This document shows positions 20,999 to 31,543 of a DNA stretch of 64,000 nucleotides, piece after piece. Numbering within the stretch: position 1 is the stretch's first letter; each line of letters opens with the position of its first letter. The position numbers were made by a program, and so were the translations under genes. The notes under the pieces are model-generated. The model was given only the letters and a program-made list of their open reading frames with translations. It did not search any database and was not told where the DNA came from. This DNA comes from an uncultured delta proteobacterium (GTDB taxonomy: Bacteria > Desulfobacterota > Binatia > UBA9968): the NCBI GenBank assembly GCA_963745035.1, contig CAVUVW010000013.1, positions 1,568,001 through 1,632,000 of the forward strand, read 5' to 3'.

Positions 20999-21997
20999 TC
21001 ATTTGGGCTGGGCTCCGCCCCAAAGCTTGTCCATGAAGCCGCTCTTCTCCATCTCGTCCAAGTAGCGCCGATCGAACAGTTCCTGCGGCTTGAATTTTTT
21101 CGCCCGCGGATCGGTGGCGGAGACGTCGTCGAGAATCGCCTGCACGGCTTCCATGCGAAGCTCCATGCGCGGCTCCAGCGCCTTGATTTCCGCGTTGTAA
21201 GCCTGCTCCAGCACTTTACGGTCTTCGATGCGCAGGTATTTGGCCAGCACTTTGAATACCACTTCCTTGTCGGTGTGCAAAATTTTTGCGGCTTCCGCCA
21301 TGGCGCGCATGAAGCGGCCGACGACCGGCGAGTTTTGGCCGATGAACGAACGGCGGGTGATCAGCGAGACCGCGACCTGCGGGATGCGCAGATCAGGGCC
21401 ATAGACGACGTAGCTGTATCCCTGCGAAATCGCGCGCGCGTCCCACGGCGCCGACATGGTGCCGGCATCGATGGCGCCGGAGAGCAAAGCCGCGAGCATT
21501 TCCGGCGCGCCGCCGGTTTGGATCATCGAGTAATCGCGTCCGGGCTCCATATTGCGCCGCTTGAAGGCTTGAATCGCGAAGTAGTGCGTGGTCGCGCCGA
21601 TACGTGTGACGCCGATCTTCTTGCCGCGCAAATCTTCGAGCCGCTTGATCTCCGGTTTGGCGAGAATGCTTTGCGTCAGATGATTCTTGATCCCGGCGAT
21701 AAACACGAGATCGTGGTTGCCGCCGACCACGGTGCGCACGACGCCGACGCCGCCGTCGATCATGACCTGCGCTTCGCCGCCGAGCATCGCCGCCGTCGCC
21801 AGCGGCGAGGTGCCGATATAGACCAACGGAAATTCCAAATTGTGCCTGCGAAAAATTCCGGTCTCCTGGGCGATCCAGGGCATCGACTGCGACATCACCC
21901 GGGCGGATTGCACGCCGACCAGACGATCGGCGCTCGAAGCCGGAACGGCATGAAAGGCCGCAAGCACGAACGCCGCGTTCGTTAGAAACTTTGCCAT
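20999..21997 (-). CDS. ABC substrate-binding protein, NMT1/SsuA-like (orphan)
   Basis: Signal peptide, DLRGKKIGVTRIG and LLSGAIDA. Confidence 0.88.
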   Translation of the reverse strand: MAKFLTNAAFVLAAFHAVPASSADRLVGVQSARVMSQSMPWIAQETGIFRRHNLEFPLVYIGTSPLATAAMLGGEAQVMIDGGVGVVRTVVGGNHDLVFIAGIKNHLTQSILAKPEIKRLEDLRGKKIGVTRIGATTHYFAIQAFKRRNMEPGRDYSMIQTGGAPEMLAALLSGAIDAGTMSAPWDARAISQGYSYVVYGPDLRIPQVAVSLITRRSFIGQNSPVVGRFMRAMAEAAKILHTDKEVVFKVLAKYLRIEDRKVLEQAYNAEIKALEPRMELRMEAVQAILDDVSATDPRAKKFKPQELFDRRYLDEMEKSGFMDKLWGGAQPK

Positions 21998-22000
21998 GGG

Positions 22001-22282
22001 CTACACTCCCTTTCTGGCCGAACCCCAACGCCGCCAAAACGCGCGGCCGCTGAGGCGCCTTGCCAACTCCTTTGCCCCGACTCTGTACTTGAACGCCTTT
22101 CTGCCGTTGATGAACAGCACCGGCACTTCTGCGCCGAAATCTTCTCTCAGTTCCGCCGAGCCCTCGACGTCGATCTCTTCCATCTCCAGCGGAATCTTCG
22201 CGGCGACCTGCCGGATCGTCTCCTTCATTTCCTCGCACAAACAACAATCGGCGCGCGAGTACAAGATCAATTGCGCGGTCAT
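22001..22282 (-). CDS. glutaredoxin-like protein (DUF836-like)
   Basis: LYSRADCCLCEEMK and VPVLFING; ATGA overlap with the upstream AsmA-like gene. Confidence 0.85.
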   Translation of the reverse strand: MTAQLILYSRADCCLCEEMKETIRQVAAKIPLEMEEIDVEGSAELREDFGAEVPVLFINGRKAFKYRVGAKELARRLSGRAFWRRWGSARKGV

Positions 22283-25200
22283 TTGCCGGCCGGCGCTTGT
22301 GCCGCCTCCTCTTTTTTCTCCCCTTCGCTCAGGCCGATCATGTTCTTCGGAATCCCGAGCACGCCCCAAAACCATTCCGCTAAGGTCCCCAGCGGCGCCG
22401 GCGTAATCGTCGGGTTGCCGATCGGTCCTTGGATGTTGAAGCTTGCCACCAGGAACGAGTTCTTGATCGCAGCGACGCCGCGCCCGAGCAGGGGAACATA
22501 ACTGAGCGCTGTGTCGATGCCGGCGAACGGCCGCACGGCGATGATAAAGTCCAACTGGTCCTGCGGCACGTCGATCTTGCCGGCGCCGGTCATGCGCAAA
22601 TCGTCGCTGTCCACCACCAGGTTCTCCGTCGCGTAAACTCCCTTGACGACTTTGAAGTCCCCCGCGATCGCGCGAAAACGGATGCCCTCTTTGGCGAGAT
22701 CGGGAAGCTGGAAGGTAAACCAGCGCGACAGATCGAGGAGATTGAGAATCTGCACCAGGATGCGCATGCGGTTGATCGTACCGTCCTCGATCTTTACGCT
22801 GAATGCGCCGTTTAGATTCTGCTTGCGCTCGGCGTCATTCTTGCCGACGGTCTCCAGTTTGCCGGCGAGGGACACTCGGCCGCTCATTTCGGTATTGGTG
22901 ATGTCAAACCAGCGCAGAAACGATTGCACCGGCACGCCCTGGACCTTGGAGTCTGCCGCCACCGCCAATGTGTCCGGCTTGTCGACTATCGTCGTCACGC
23001 CCTGGATCGTGCCGCCGGCGGACCGCGCCGCCATATTGGTCAAACGCCACACGCGGTGATCGATGCTGGCGTCGCTTCGTAAATCGCTGAACTCGAAGTT
23101 CTTGATGCGTCCCCGGCCGAGCGCGATTTTTCCCTCGGCGACCAGAGTCGCGTAGAAATCGCTCGACTCCGGGTCGATCTGCGAGATCAGATGAGTAATG
23201 TCGAGGTTCGGCGCCGCGAAGTCGAAAAGCAGCTGCGGTCTTTGGCCGAAGCGCCACCGCCCGCTGGCGCTTGCCGGCACGCCGACGAGCAGTGCTTTCA
23301 AGTTTTGAAACTCGATGCCCTTTTCATCGAGTTTGATTTTGCCGTTGAGCTCGCGCAGCGGCTGGAGCAAGGGACTGAACAAGAGCTGGACGTTGAGGAG
23401 ATCGAAATCGCCGGTGAGCTTGCGCCGCTTCGGATCGGCGAGCGCGCCGGAGTAGCGCATCGCGCCGCGCACGACGCCGGGATCCTGCGGGCTGCCGGTA
23501 TCGAGCAGCAGGCTCGCAATGACCCCCGTTTTCATCCCCGGCGACTCGATGCTCAGATCAAAGACGCCGTCCTCGCCGGCGTAATCCTTGAGCGCAAGCC
23601 GCGCCTGGATCGGCGAGCCGGCGAGTTGCGCACGGATGCGCTCGCCGGTGATCTCGTTGGGCGTCAACGCGAACTCGCCGCGCACTTCGCTGAGCGAAAC
23701 TTCGCCGTAGCGCAGCCGCGTTTGCTCGAGCGCCACCTTGCCGTCGAACTGGAGCGGCGTATTGGGCGAGCGCTTGAGCGCCACATCGGCTTTGCCCCGG
23801 CCGCTCAGCTCTTCGACCGATGCGAGAATTTTCGCGAGCTTTTCGTCCGGCTGCTGCGCCCGTATTTGTTCCTTCAGCTCCGCCAGGTTGACGTCTCCGT
23901 ACGCTTGAAGTTCGAGTTTGCCGGGCGCCGCGCCGGCCAAGTCATAAGCGCCGTCGACTCGAGTGAAGCGCGAATCGCCGTATGCGCCGCGGAAATCCGC
24001 AAAGCCCAAAATGCCATCGGCAAAATTTACTTTCCCGTGCACGCCGCGCAGCGCCAGGGGCGCGGCGTCTGGCTTGGCTGCGACATCGCGGAGCTCCGCT
24101 TCCACGGCGATTTGTCTGGACGCGGTTGCTGGCTCGCGCAGTTGGCTTAGAGTGGCCTGCACGATGGCTTTCTTGACTTCCACCTGGCCCGTTTGAACGG
24201 CGTTGAGGGCGCTTTCCAGTTGCGGCGAGCCGACGAGCTTAAGCGGCAGATACTTGAGCAGAGCGGCGGCCGGCGCCGGCGCAGCCGAGAGCGTCAACCG
24301 CAGGCGCGGGTCGTTGCCGTCGAGCGCCGCTACGCTTCCCTGAAGCGAAAGATGAACGTCCTTGATGCGCAGGTCGGCTTGCGTCAACTGCAGCTCCTGC
24401 GCTTTGCGCTCGATCGCGAAAGTCGCGCGCCCGTCGAGACCGCTCAGCGGCGAAAGAAAAACCTCGGGCGCGTCAATCACGAGCTGGCGAAACTCGACGG
24501 CGCCTTGGGCGCGCAAGCGCGTCGTGGGATTTCCCTCGATATGAATGCGCTGGGCAAAATAGCCGTCCATGGATTTTACCGGCAAGCGCGCGCCGGCAAC
24601 CTCCGCAATCAGGCCGGCGGGAAAATTCACGAGCTCGACATCGCCCTTCCAGTGGGCGTGGTGAAAATCTAAAATCTTTTGCGGGAACGCGATTTGTCCT
24701 TGCGCCTTCAGCGTCATGCGCGCGCCCTCTCGAAGCAGCGCGCCCGAGAGATCAAAGGCGAGCGCGGCGGCCTCGGCCTGGGCCGGCTCGCGCTTTAACA
24801 GATTTTTCAGGGAAGCGCCCAGGCGCGGGCCGCTGAGACGCTCGATATCCAGCTCGACGTTGTCGGCGCGCCAAGTGTCCGGCTGCGCTTCGCGACGTTG
24901 GTTGATCAGCGTGATATTGCCGTCCTGCACTTTGATCGAACGCAGATCCAAGCTGAACTCGCCGTTCCGCTCCTTCAAAAGCGGCAAGTTCAGCAACTTG
25001 TCGAGCAGCGGCAGCCGCCCGTCGCGATCGCGCACGAAACGCGCCGCCGGCTGCCGCACGCGGATCTCGTAAAAAACCAACTGCCGGCGCAGCAACGGCA
25101 GGAGCGCGATCCGGGCGATCACCCGCTGCGCAGTAATGGCCGGCGCCGTCGCGCCGGGCTCGGACAAAGCGAGGTCACCGAAAGCGATGCCGGTGATCCA

Positions 25201-25383
25201 GCCGAACTCCAACGCGGCGGCACCGAGCCGGGTATGAAGCCCGGTTTGCTCCTCGATCTGCGCGGTCAAAAATCGATGCACTTCGCCGACGCGCACCAGC
25301 CGGTAGACGGCTAAGCCCGCAACAATGATGAAGACAACAAGCAGCACCGTGAAAAAACCGATGAACTTGAGCGCTCTTCTCAT
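22279..25383 (-). CDS. AsmA-like/YhdP-type large envelope protein
   Basis: 1034 aa, N-terminal TM anchor, beta-rich repeats and an AsmA_2-like C-terminus (FNIQGPIGNPTITP). Confidence 0.85.
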   Translation of the reverse strand: MRRALKFIGFFTVLLVVFIIVAGLAVYRLVRVGEVHRFLTAQIEEQTGLHTRLGAAALEFGWITGIAFGDLALSEPGATAPAITAQRVIARIALLPLLRRQLVFYEIRVRQPAARFVRDRDGRLPLLDKLLNLPLLKERNGEFSLDLRSIKVQDGNITLINQRREAQPDTWRADNVELDIERLSGPRLGASLKNLLKREPAQAEAAALAFDLSGALLREGARMTLKAQGQIAFPQKILDFHHAHWKGDVELVNFPAGLIAEVAGARLPVKSMDGYFAQRIHIEGNPTTRLRAQGAVEFRQLVIDAPEVFLSPLSGLDGRATFAIERKAQELQLTQADLRIKDVHLSLQGSVAALDGNDPRLRLTLSAAPAPAAALLKYLPLKLVGSPQLESALNAVQTGQVEVKKAIVQATLSQLREPATASRQIAVEAELRDVAAKPDAAPLALRGVHGKVNFADGILGFADFRGAYGDSRFTRVDGAYDLAGAAPGKLELQAYGDVNLAELKEQIRAQQPDEKLAKILASVEELSGRGKADVALKRSPNTPLQFDGKVALEQTRLRYGEVSLSEVRGEFALTPNEITGERIRAQLAGSPIQARLALKDYAGEDGVFDLSIESPGMKTGVIASLLLDTGSPQDPGVVRGAMRYSGALADPKRRKLTGDFDLLNVQLLFSPLLQPLRELNGKIKLDEKGIEFQNLKALLVGVPASASGRWRFGQRPQLLFDFAAPNLDITHLISQIDPESSDFYATLVAEGKIALGRGRIKNFEFSDLRSDASIDHRVWRLTNMAARSAGGTIQGVTTIVDKPDTLAVAADSKVQGVPVQSFLRWFDITNTEMSGRVSLAGKLETVGKNDAERKQNLNGAFSVKIEDGTINRMRILVQILNLLDLSRWFTFQLPDLAKEGIRFRAIAGDFKVVKGVYATENLVVDSDDLRMTGAGKIDVPQDQLDFIIAVRPFAGIDTALSYVPLLGRGVAAIKNSFLVASFNIQGPIGNPTITPAPLGTLAEWFWGVLGIPKNMIGLSEGEKKEEAAQAPAGK

Positions 25384-25546
25384 GGCGGGCTACGTCGATG
25401 AAGTAAAGTTTCGCGGGCGATTTCAACCAGTGGACAATCTCTGGATCGAAAGATTCTCGCGCCATGCTAGAGGAAGTCCATGGGCGGCGCAAGGGAGATT
25501 GGGAGCGGAAGGCAAGCGCGCAACGCGCCCGGCAACGTCTGTTACC

Positions 25547-25575
25547 TTGACAGTCCGGAGTGAACTTGTTAGATA
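25547..25575 (+). promoter_or_regulatory. putative sigma70 promoter
   Basis: TTGACA-N17-TAGATA upstream of the HTH gene. Confidence 0.45.
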
Positions 25576-25625
25576 AAACAAACTTTTGTCCGATGGCCAT
25601 CTGGAAATCACTCGGGGGACAGTTT

Positions 25626-25820
25626 ATGTTTGAGAGAGAAGAGGAGTTGCTCAACAGCAAGCAAGTCGCCGTCATCCTGGACATCAGCCCAGATACGGTC
25701 AATGAATTCGCTCGAAAGAATATTCTGCCCGCCTTTAAAAAAGGCAAACAATGGAGATTTCGCAAGCGCGACATTTCCATTTTTTACAAGAAGCAGCCTA
25801 GGGATATTCGCGACGCTTGA
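25626..25820 (+). CDS. excisionase-like/BldC-like HTH (HTH_17) protein
   Basis: LLNSKQVAVILDISPDTVNEFARKNILPAFKKGKQWRF. Confidence 0.85.
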   Translation: MFEREEELLNSKQVAVILDISPDTVNEFARKNILPAFKKGKQWRFRKRDISIFYKKQPRDIRDA

Positions 25821-25849
25821 CCTCTGCAGCTCTGTTTCAGGATTGAAAA

Positions 25850-26500
25850 ATGGCAGACATTGAGGCACACGAAAGCAAGCTTTACGCGGAATTCGCCCCA
25901 CTTTACGACAAAGTCTTTGGCAAGATATTTTACAATCGCCTGGAATACGTCATTGAGAATCTAGGCATCCCGCCCGGCGCCAAAGTCTTGGAAGTCGGCG
26001 CCGGCACCGGCACTTCGTTTCCGGCCTATCCGGAGCATTGCGAAATCACCGGGGTCGATCTTGCGCCCGACATGCTGGCGCGCGCGCGCCAGAAAATCGA
26101 GGAGAACCACTGGTCGCATTTGACGGTCATGGAGATGAATGCCCTGGACCTCGAGTTTCCCGACAACACATTCGATTATGTCATGGCGTTCCATGTCGTC
26201 ACCGTCGTGCCCGATCCCGTGCGCATGATCGCGGAAGCAAAACGGGTGTGCAAACCGGGCGGCAGGATCGTGATCGTCAATCATTTCACCAGTGAAGTGC
26301 CCCTGCTCGGTTCCCTCACTCAAGCCCTTGATCCCATTACGAGATGGTTGGGCTGGCGCACCGATCTCAGGCTAAAACCGTTTCTCCAAACCACCGGACT
26401 CCAGGTGGAAAGAAGCTACAAACTCAGTAAAGCGTCGCTTTACGACGTCCTTATCTGCCGCAAAGAGCCCCAACTCATCAGAACCCTCCGCGAGCTTTAG
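25850..26500 (+). CDS. class I SAM methyltransferase, PmtA-like phospholipid N-methyltransferase
   Basis: LEVGAGTG, VVTVVPDP and CKPGGRIVIVNHF. Confidence 0.8.
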   Translation: MADIEAHESKLYAEFAPLYDKVFGKIFYNRLEYVIENLGIPPGAKVLEVGAGTGTSFPAYPEHCEITGVDLAPDMLARARQKIEENHWSHLTVMEMNALDLEFPDNTFDYVMAFHVVTVVPDPVRMIAEAKRVCKPGGRIVIVNHFTSEVPLLGSLTQALDPITRWLGWRTDLRLKPFLQTTGLQVERSYKLSKASLYDVLICRKEPQLIRTLREL

Positions 26501-26653
26501 CGTGGAGATTCATCGTCCAAGATAAACTCATCGCGGTGCAGGGCCATTTGCTCCGGCGGAGCCGCGCCTCGGCCGTGCCCTCGCATGAATAATGCGGGCT
26601 TCAGCCACCGGCTCAGGCCGACCGCTTTTGGTGAAGCTTTTCGTCAGCGGCAC
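26497..26653 (-). CDS. possible small protein downstream of tatA (needs a 1-nt correction)
   Basis: GAGGAG RBS and GTG at 26653. The corrected frame ends in a TAA overlapping the convergent methyltransferase stop. Confidence 0.3.
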
Positions 26654-26775
26654 AGCGCCGCTCCTCAAACTCTAAAACCGGAAATCGTTAATGGCGTGGG
26701 CAGCGTCGTTCCGCCGATAGGAAGATGGGAAAGGCGCAATGCGGTAACTCTCGGCGTGAACGCTCGATGGTTGCA

Positions 26776-26973
26776 TTATCGGGGCAAGTCTTGCGGTGGA
26801 TCTTTCTTGGTTTCCTTGCCTGCTTCGTCGTCTTCGCCGCCGGTGACGCCCTTTTTGAAATCTCGGATCGCCTTGCCCAACCCGCTGCCGATTTGGGGCA
26901 GCTTGCTGGGTCCGAAAATAACCAGCGCGATCACCAGAATCACCATCAGCTCCGGTACGCCAAGTCCAAACAT
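26776..26973 (-). CDS. tatA: twin-arginine translocase TatA
   Basis: MFGLGVPELMVILVIALVIFGPSKLPQIGSGLGKAIRDFKK. Confidence 0.96.
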   Translation of the reverse strand: MFGLGVPELMVILVIALVIFGPSKLPQIGSGLGKAIRDFKKGVTGGEDDEAGKETKKDPPQDLPR

Positions 26974-26981
26974 GAAACCTC

Positions 26982-28463
26982 CTAGCTCTTCCGTTTCACC
27001 GAGAAGAATACCGCGTTGTCGCCGCGTTGCACAAGCAGCAGGATGCGGTCGCCGCGACGTCCCTGGCGCGCGGCGCGCTCGAACTCTTTGACATTGCCCA
27101 CCGGCCGTTGATTGATTTCCCGGATCACGTCCGCCGGCTCGATGCCGACCTGATCCGCCGGGCTGCCCGGCTGCACTTCGACGACAAGCACGCCCTTCAA
27201 CGAGCTCAATCCCAGGCGGCGCCCCGCTTCCGGCGTGATCCGCTGAACCCTGAGCCCGAGCTCGGGGTCTTTGGCCTCGATCTGTTGGACAAAGTCGCCG
27301 TCGTCGGGCAGTTCGCCGATCTTTATCCCGACCGTCTGCTCTTTCTTATCGCGCACGAGCTTGAGGGTAACTTTCTGGCCGGGCGCGGTTCCGGCGATGA
27401 TGCTCGGAAAATCGTGGCTCCGGGGCACCGGCTTGCCGTTGAATTCGACGATGATATCGCCCGCCTTCACCCCGGCTTCGGCGGCCGGGCTTGCTTCCGT
27501 GACTTCGGTCACCATCGCCACGTCGCCCGAGCTTTTCGTCAATCCGTGCGCGGCGGCGGTCGCGGCCGGCATGTCCTGCGCGCGCACGCCGAGCCAGCCG
27601 CGGACTACCCGGCCGTTCTTGCGCAGCTGCTCCACGACTTTGCGCGCCAAGTCGATCGGAATTGCGAAGCCGATGCCGACGTTGCCGCCCGATTGGCTGA
27701 AGATCGCGCTGTTGACGCCGACCACTTCGCCCGTGGCATTGATCAGCGGCCCGCCGCTGTTGCCGGGATTGATCGACGCATCGGTCTGAATAAAGTTGTC
27801 ATACGGCCCCGCGCCGATCACGCGTCCCTTGGCGCTGACGATGCCCGCGGTCACGGTGTGCTCCAGGCCGAACGGGTTGCCGATCGCCATGACCCAATCG
27901 CCCACGTCCAACTGGCTCGATGTCCCCAGTTTGGCGAATGGCAGGTTGCCTGAAGCTTTGCGAATTTTGATCAAGGCGAGGTCGGTGCGGCCGTCTTTGC
28001 CGATCAGCCGCGCCTCGTGCTCGCTGTGATCGGCGAGCTTCACCTTGATGACGTCGGCGTTGCGAACCACGTGATAGTTGGTCAGGATTTCGCCGTCGCC
28101 GCTGATCACGATACCGGAGCCGAGACTGCGCTGGTTGTTTTCCCGCGGCGCAGATTCGCCGAAGAAACGATTGAAGAACTCCTCGATGGGATCGTTCGAG
28201 GCCGAGCGCGAAGTGCGTTGGGTGGTGGTGGAAATGTTGACCACCACCGGCATGGTTCTCTTGGCGATGGCGGCAAACGAGGAAGGCCGCCCGCCGTCCA
28301 AAGCAGCGGCGCTTGCCGCGTAAGCGCCCGGCGCGGCGAGGAGCGCAATCAGGGATGCGGTTGCCCGCGCGCCGGCGACCCGCAAGCCCGATCTCAGAAT
28401 TTTCCTCATTTGCGCACCAGCCTTTGGCTCCTTTTTCGTCCGCCTAAGCCTAGCAAATTTCAC
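26982..28463 (-). CDS. degP: Do/DegP-family serine endoprotease with two PDZ domains
   Basis: TNYHVV, DLALIK and GNSGGPL triad; start may lie further downstream. Confidence 0.92.
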   Translation of the reverse strand: MKFARLRRTKKEPKAGAQMRKILRSGLRVAGARATASLIALLAAPGAYAASAAALDGGRPSSFAAIAKRTMPVVVNISTTTQRTSRSASNDPIEEFFNRFFGESAPRENNQRSLGSGIVISGDGEILTNYHVVRNADVIKVKLADHSEHEARLIGKDGRTDLALIKIRKASGNLPFAKLGTSSQLDVGDWVMAIGNPFGLEHTVTAGIVSAKGRVIGAGPYDNFIQTDASINPGNSGGPLINATGEVVGVNSAIFSQSGGNVGIGFAIPIDLARKVVEQLRKNGRVVRGWLGVRAQDMPAATAAAHGLTKSSGDVAMVTEVTEASPAAEAGVKAGDIIVEFNGKPVPRSHDFPSIIAGTAPGQKVTLKLVRDKKEQTVGIKIGELPDDGDFVQQIEAKDPELGLRVQRITPEAGRRLGLSSLKGVLVVEVQPGSPADQVGIEPADVIREINQRPVGNVKEFERAARQGRRGDRILLLVQRGDNAVFFSVKRKS

Positions 28464-28556
28464 CGCGTGATTTAAATCGCCTTAAAGGCGAGTGTGATTT
28501 GCAAAACCACGTCTCTGTAGTAATGAAGACAAGATGACATTCACTCGAATCACGCG

Positions 28557-29909
28557 ATGAAACCGGCGCCGATCGACTACGATACCGTGCGCGAGATGCT
28601 GCGCACGGCTACGCCCGACCGGATTCTGCGCTTCATCGGCAAAAGCCATCCGGCGGATATCGCGCTTCTGTTCAAGGGGCTCGAAAGCGCCGAGATCCGC
28701 CAGCTTTTTGACATCCTGTTCACCGCGCGGCGCGCCGACAAAACGCTCAAAGAGCTGCCCCCCGAGCTCCTGCCCGATATTTTGGAGCTGATCGACGACG
28801 AGAAAGTCGGCCGCCTGATCGTCCGGTCCGATCCCGACGACGCCGTCACGTTCATCGACAGCCTGCCCGAAGAGCGGCGCGAAAGAGTGCTCGCGCTCCT
28901 CGACCCCGAGCGGCAGGCCGCGGTGCGCGAGATCATCAATTATCCCGAAGGCACCGTCGGGAGAATCATGACCACGGACTTCATGGCGCTCTCCCCCGAC
29001 ACCACGGCCCAAGGCGCGATCGATAGAATCCGCGAGCGCGGCGAGCTCGAAACGTTTTTTTATCTCTACGTCGTCGATGAGATCGGAAAACTTGTCGGGG
29101 TCGTGCCGATCCGCAATCTGGTGATTGCGCCGCCGGATCGCACGCTGAGAGAGATGATGATCGCCGATCCGGTCAAGGCCAATGTTTTCATGGACCAGGA
29201 GGAGGCGGCCCGCTTGGTTTCGCGCTACGAGCTGCTCGCCTTGCCGATCGTCGATGAGGCCGGCCGCCTGGAAGGCATCATTACCGTCGACGACGTCATC
29301 GACATCATCAATCAGGAAACCACCGAAGACATGTACAAGATGGTCGGCTTGGCCGAAGAGGATCGTGTCTTTACGCCGGTGTCCCGCTCGGTCAGGATGC
29401 GCCTGCCGTGGACGTTTTTGAATCTGCTGACCGCCACCCTCGCCGCCTCGGTGGTGGGCTTCTTCGAAGGCACCTTGCACGAGATCGTCGCGCTGGTCAC
29501 GTTCATGCCCGTGGTCGCGGGCGTCGGCGGCAACGGCGCCACGCAAACCGCCACGGTGATCATCCGCGCCATCGCTCTCGGCGAATTGGAATTTGCTTCG
29601 GCATGGAAGGCGATCGTCAAGCAGGTTTCGGTAAACATCTTTATCGCCCTGGCCGCCGGCACTCTGATCGCGGTCGCCGCGATTTTATGGAAGGGCAATC
29701 CCTATCTCGGCTTGGTCCTCGCCGCCGCGATGATCCTCAATCTCGGTTTGATGGCGGGTATCGCCGGCGCGGTGATTCCCCTGTTGTTGAAGGCGCTCAA
29801 GTTCGATCCGGCGCTTGGTTCCGGCATCATCGTCACCGCGTTGACCGATGCGTTCGGCTTTCTCGCATTTCTTGGCCTGGCGACGATCTTTCGCCAGTAT
29901 CTGATTTAA
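28557..29909 (+). CDS. mgtE: magnesium transporter MgtE
   Basis: MgtE N domain, CBS pair, GGNGATQ and DPALGS. Confidence 0.95.
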   Translation: MKPAPIDYDTVREMLRTATPDRILRFIGKSHPADIALLFKGLESAEIRQLFDILFTARRADKTLKELPPELLPDILELIDDEKVGRLIVRSDPDDAVTFIDSLPEERRERVLALLDPERQAAVREIINYPEGTVGRIMTTDFMALSPDTTAQGAIDRIRERGELETFFYLYVVDEIGKLVGVVPIRNLVIAPPDRTLREMMIADPVKANVFMDQEEAARLVSRYELLALPIVDEAGRLEGIITVDDVIDIINQETTEDMYKMVGLAEEDRVFTPVSRSVRMRLPWTFLNLLTATLAASVVGFFEGTLHEIVALVTFMPVVAGVGGNGATQTATVIIRAIALGELEFASAWKAIVKQVSVNIFIALAAGTLIAVAAILWKGNPYLGLVLAAAMILNLGLMAGIAGAVIPLLLKALKFDPALGSGIIVTALTDAFGFLAFLGLATIFRQYLI

Positions 29910-30875
29910 GCGGCTTCGGTCGCCTGGACTTGCTTGGAATTTTCTTTGAAAGAGAAAGAGCAGACCGCCGAGCAAGCTATCGAGCGCGACGATCAGGAAA
30001 AGCAAAATGCCAAACGCGATGCCTTGCTCCGTGCCGATGCCGATCACCGCCAGGAGAAAGATGTAACCGCCTTCGCGCAGTCCAAGACCATTGAGGCTGA
30101 TGGGAATGGCCGAGAACGTTCCGACCAGCGGATAAACAATCAGACAGAAAGAAAAAGGCACTTCCAGACCCAGAGCGCGCCCCATCACCGTATGCATCCA
30201 TGCTTGAATCAGATGGACCGTCAGCGAAAGCAGCGCCGCCGCCAGCAAGGCGCGCCAATGCAGCCGATAGCTCCTCAAAGCCATGCGTAATTTGACGGCG
30301 AGCTGATGGCCGTCTTCCGGCAGGAACCGCTTGAGCACGGGCAGGAGCAAGACTCCCGCCAGCAGCCCGAGCGCAACCAAAAAGGTCGCGGTGCGGGCGA
30401 CCTGTGGCACCCCGTAATTCGGAAACAGCAGCAGCGCGAATGCGCCAAGCCAGACCAACACCACCATGCCGATCGCCCGGTCCATCAATACCGACATGGC
30501 CGCGTGCACCGTCGTCACTGCCCGTCCTTTCGCCTGGGCTTCCTCATCTTTGACCAAATAGTAAACCCGGGTGACATCGCCGCCGACCGTGCTCGGCGCA
30601 AACAGATTGAAGAACATGCCGATCAGATAATATTGAATCAAATTCTTGAAGGGCGTTCTTATTCCGAGGGGTCTCGCCAGCATCGCCCAGCGTACCGCAG
30701 CAATTCCCTGCGCGATCAGGTAGACGCCGAGCGCCAAGGCGATATAAGAAACCTTTGCCGAGGCAAATGTCTCCACGAATTGTTCGAGGTGAATGCGCGA
30801 GACGAAATAGGCGATCAGCCCCGCGCTGATGAGAAGCTTGAGAAGAAAAATTATGACGGGCTTGGCTCGGCTCAT
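29906..30875 (-). CDS. lysylphosphatidylglycerol-synthase TM (flippase-like) protein
   Basis: FFNLFAPSTVGGD, DRAIG and IPISLNGLGLREG; true stop probably 29906 after a late frameshift. Confidence 0.85.
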
Positions 30876-31535
30876 GCTTCGAGCGGCGGTTGGACGAGCG
30901 CTTCGGTGTCGTCCTTCGCCAGATGCTCCACCATAACTTTGCGTCCGACGACCTTGAGGCGGCCCTCGGCGTAAAGCTGGATGGCCCGCGGGTAGATGCG
31001 GTGTTCCTGCTTGAGGATGCGCGCGGCGAGCGCTTCACCGGTGTCGTCGGGATAAACCGGCACCACCGCTTGAATGATGATCGGTCCCTCGTCGCACTCT
31101 TCATTGACAAAATGGACCGTACAGCCGGAAAAGCGCACGCCGTGCTCCACCGCTTTCTCCTGTACCTTCAAGCCCGGAAACGCCGGCAGCAGCGCTGGAT
31201 GAATATTCATGATCCGATTCGAATAGGCCTTGATGAAAACCGGTGACAGCAGACGCATGAAGCCGGCGAGCACGACGAGTTCCACGCCGCGTCCGCGGAG
31301 CAGACCGACCACCGCCTCATCATAAGCTTCCCGGCTGGCAAAATTTTTGTGGTCCAAGATTTCGGTCGGAATGCCGTGCCGCTGCGCGCGCGCCAAACCT
31401 TGGGCATCCGCCTTGTTGCTGAGAACGACTTCAATTTTGGCGTCGAGCTTGCCCGCCTCGATGGCATCGATGATCGCCTGCAAGATTCGTGCCGCTGCCG
31501 GAAATGAGCACGCCGATGGAAACTTTCCTTGCCAT
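30872..31535 (-). CDS. purN: phosphoribosylglycinamide formyltransferase (frameshift ~31482)
   Basis: MARKVSIGVLISGSGTNL joins QAIIDA; NIHPALLPAFPG and GCTVHFV. Confidence 0.95.
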
Positions 31536-31543
31536 GGCAGCGC

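Noticed and set aside
25626-25820. Excisionase implying a prophage or ICE
   Set aside because: No integrase, phage or conjugation genes nearby; the flanks are housekeeping genes.
31470-31500. Programmed frameshifting in purN and other split genes
   Set aside because: No slippery heptamer with a stimulatory structure; the pattern fits sequencing indels.
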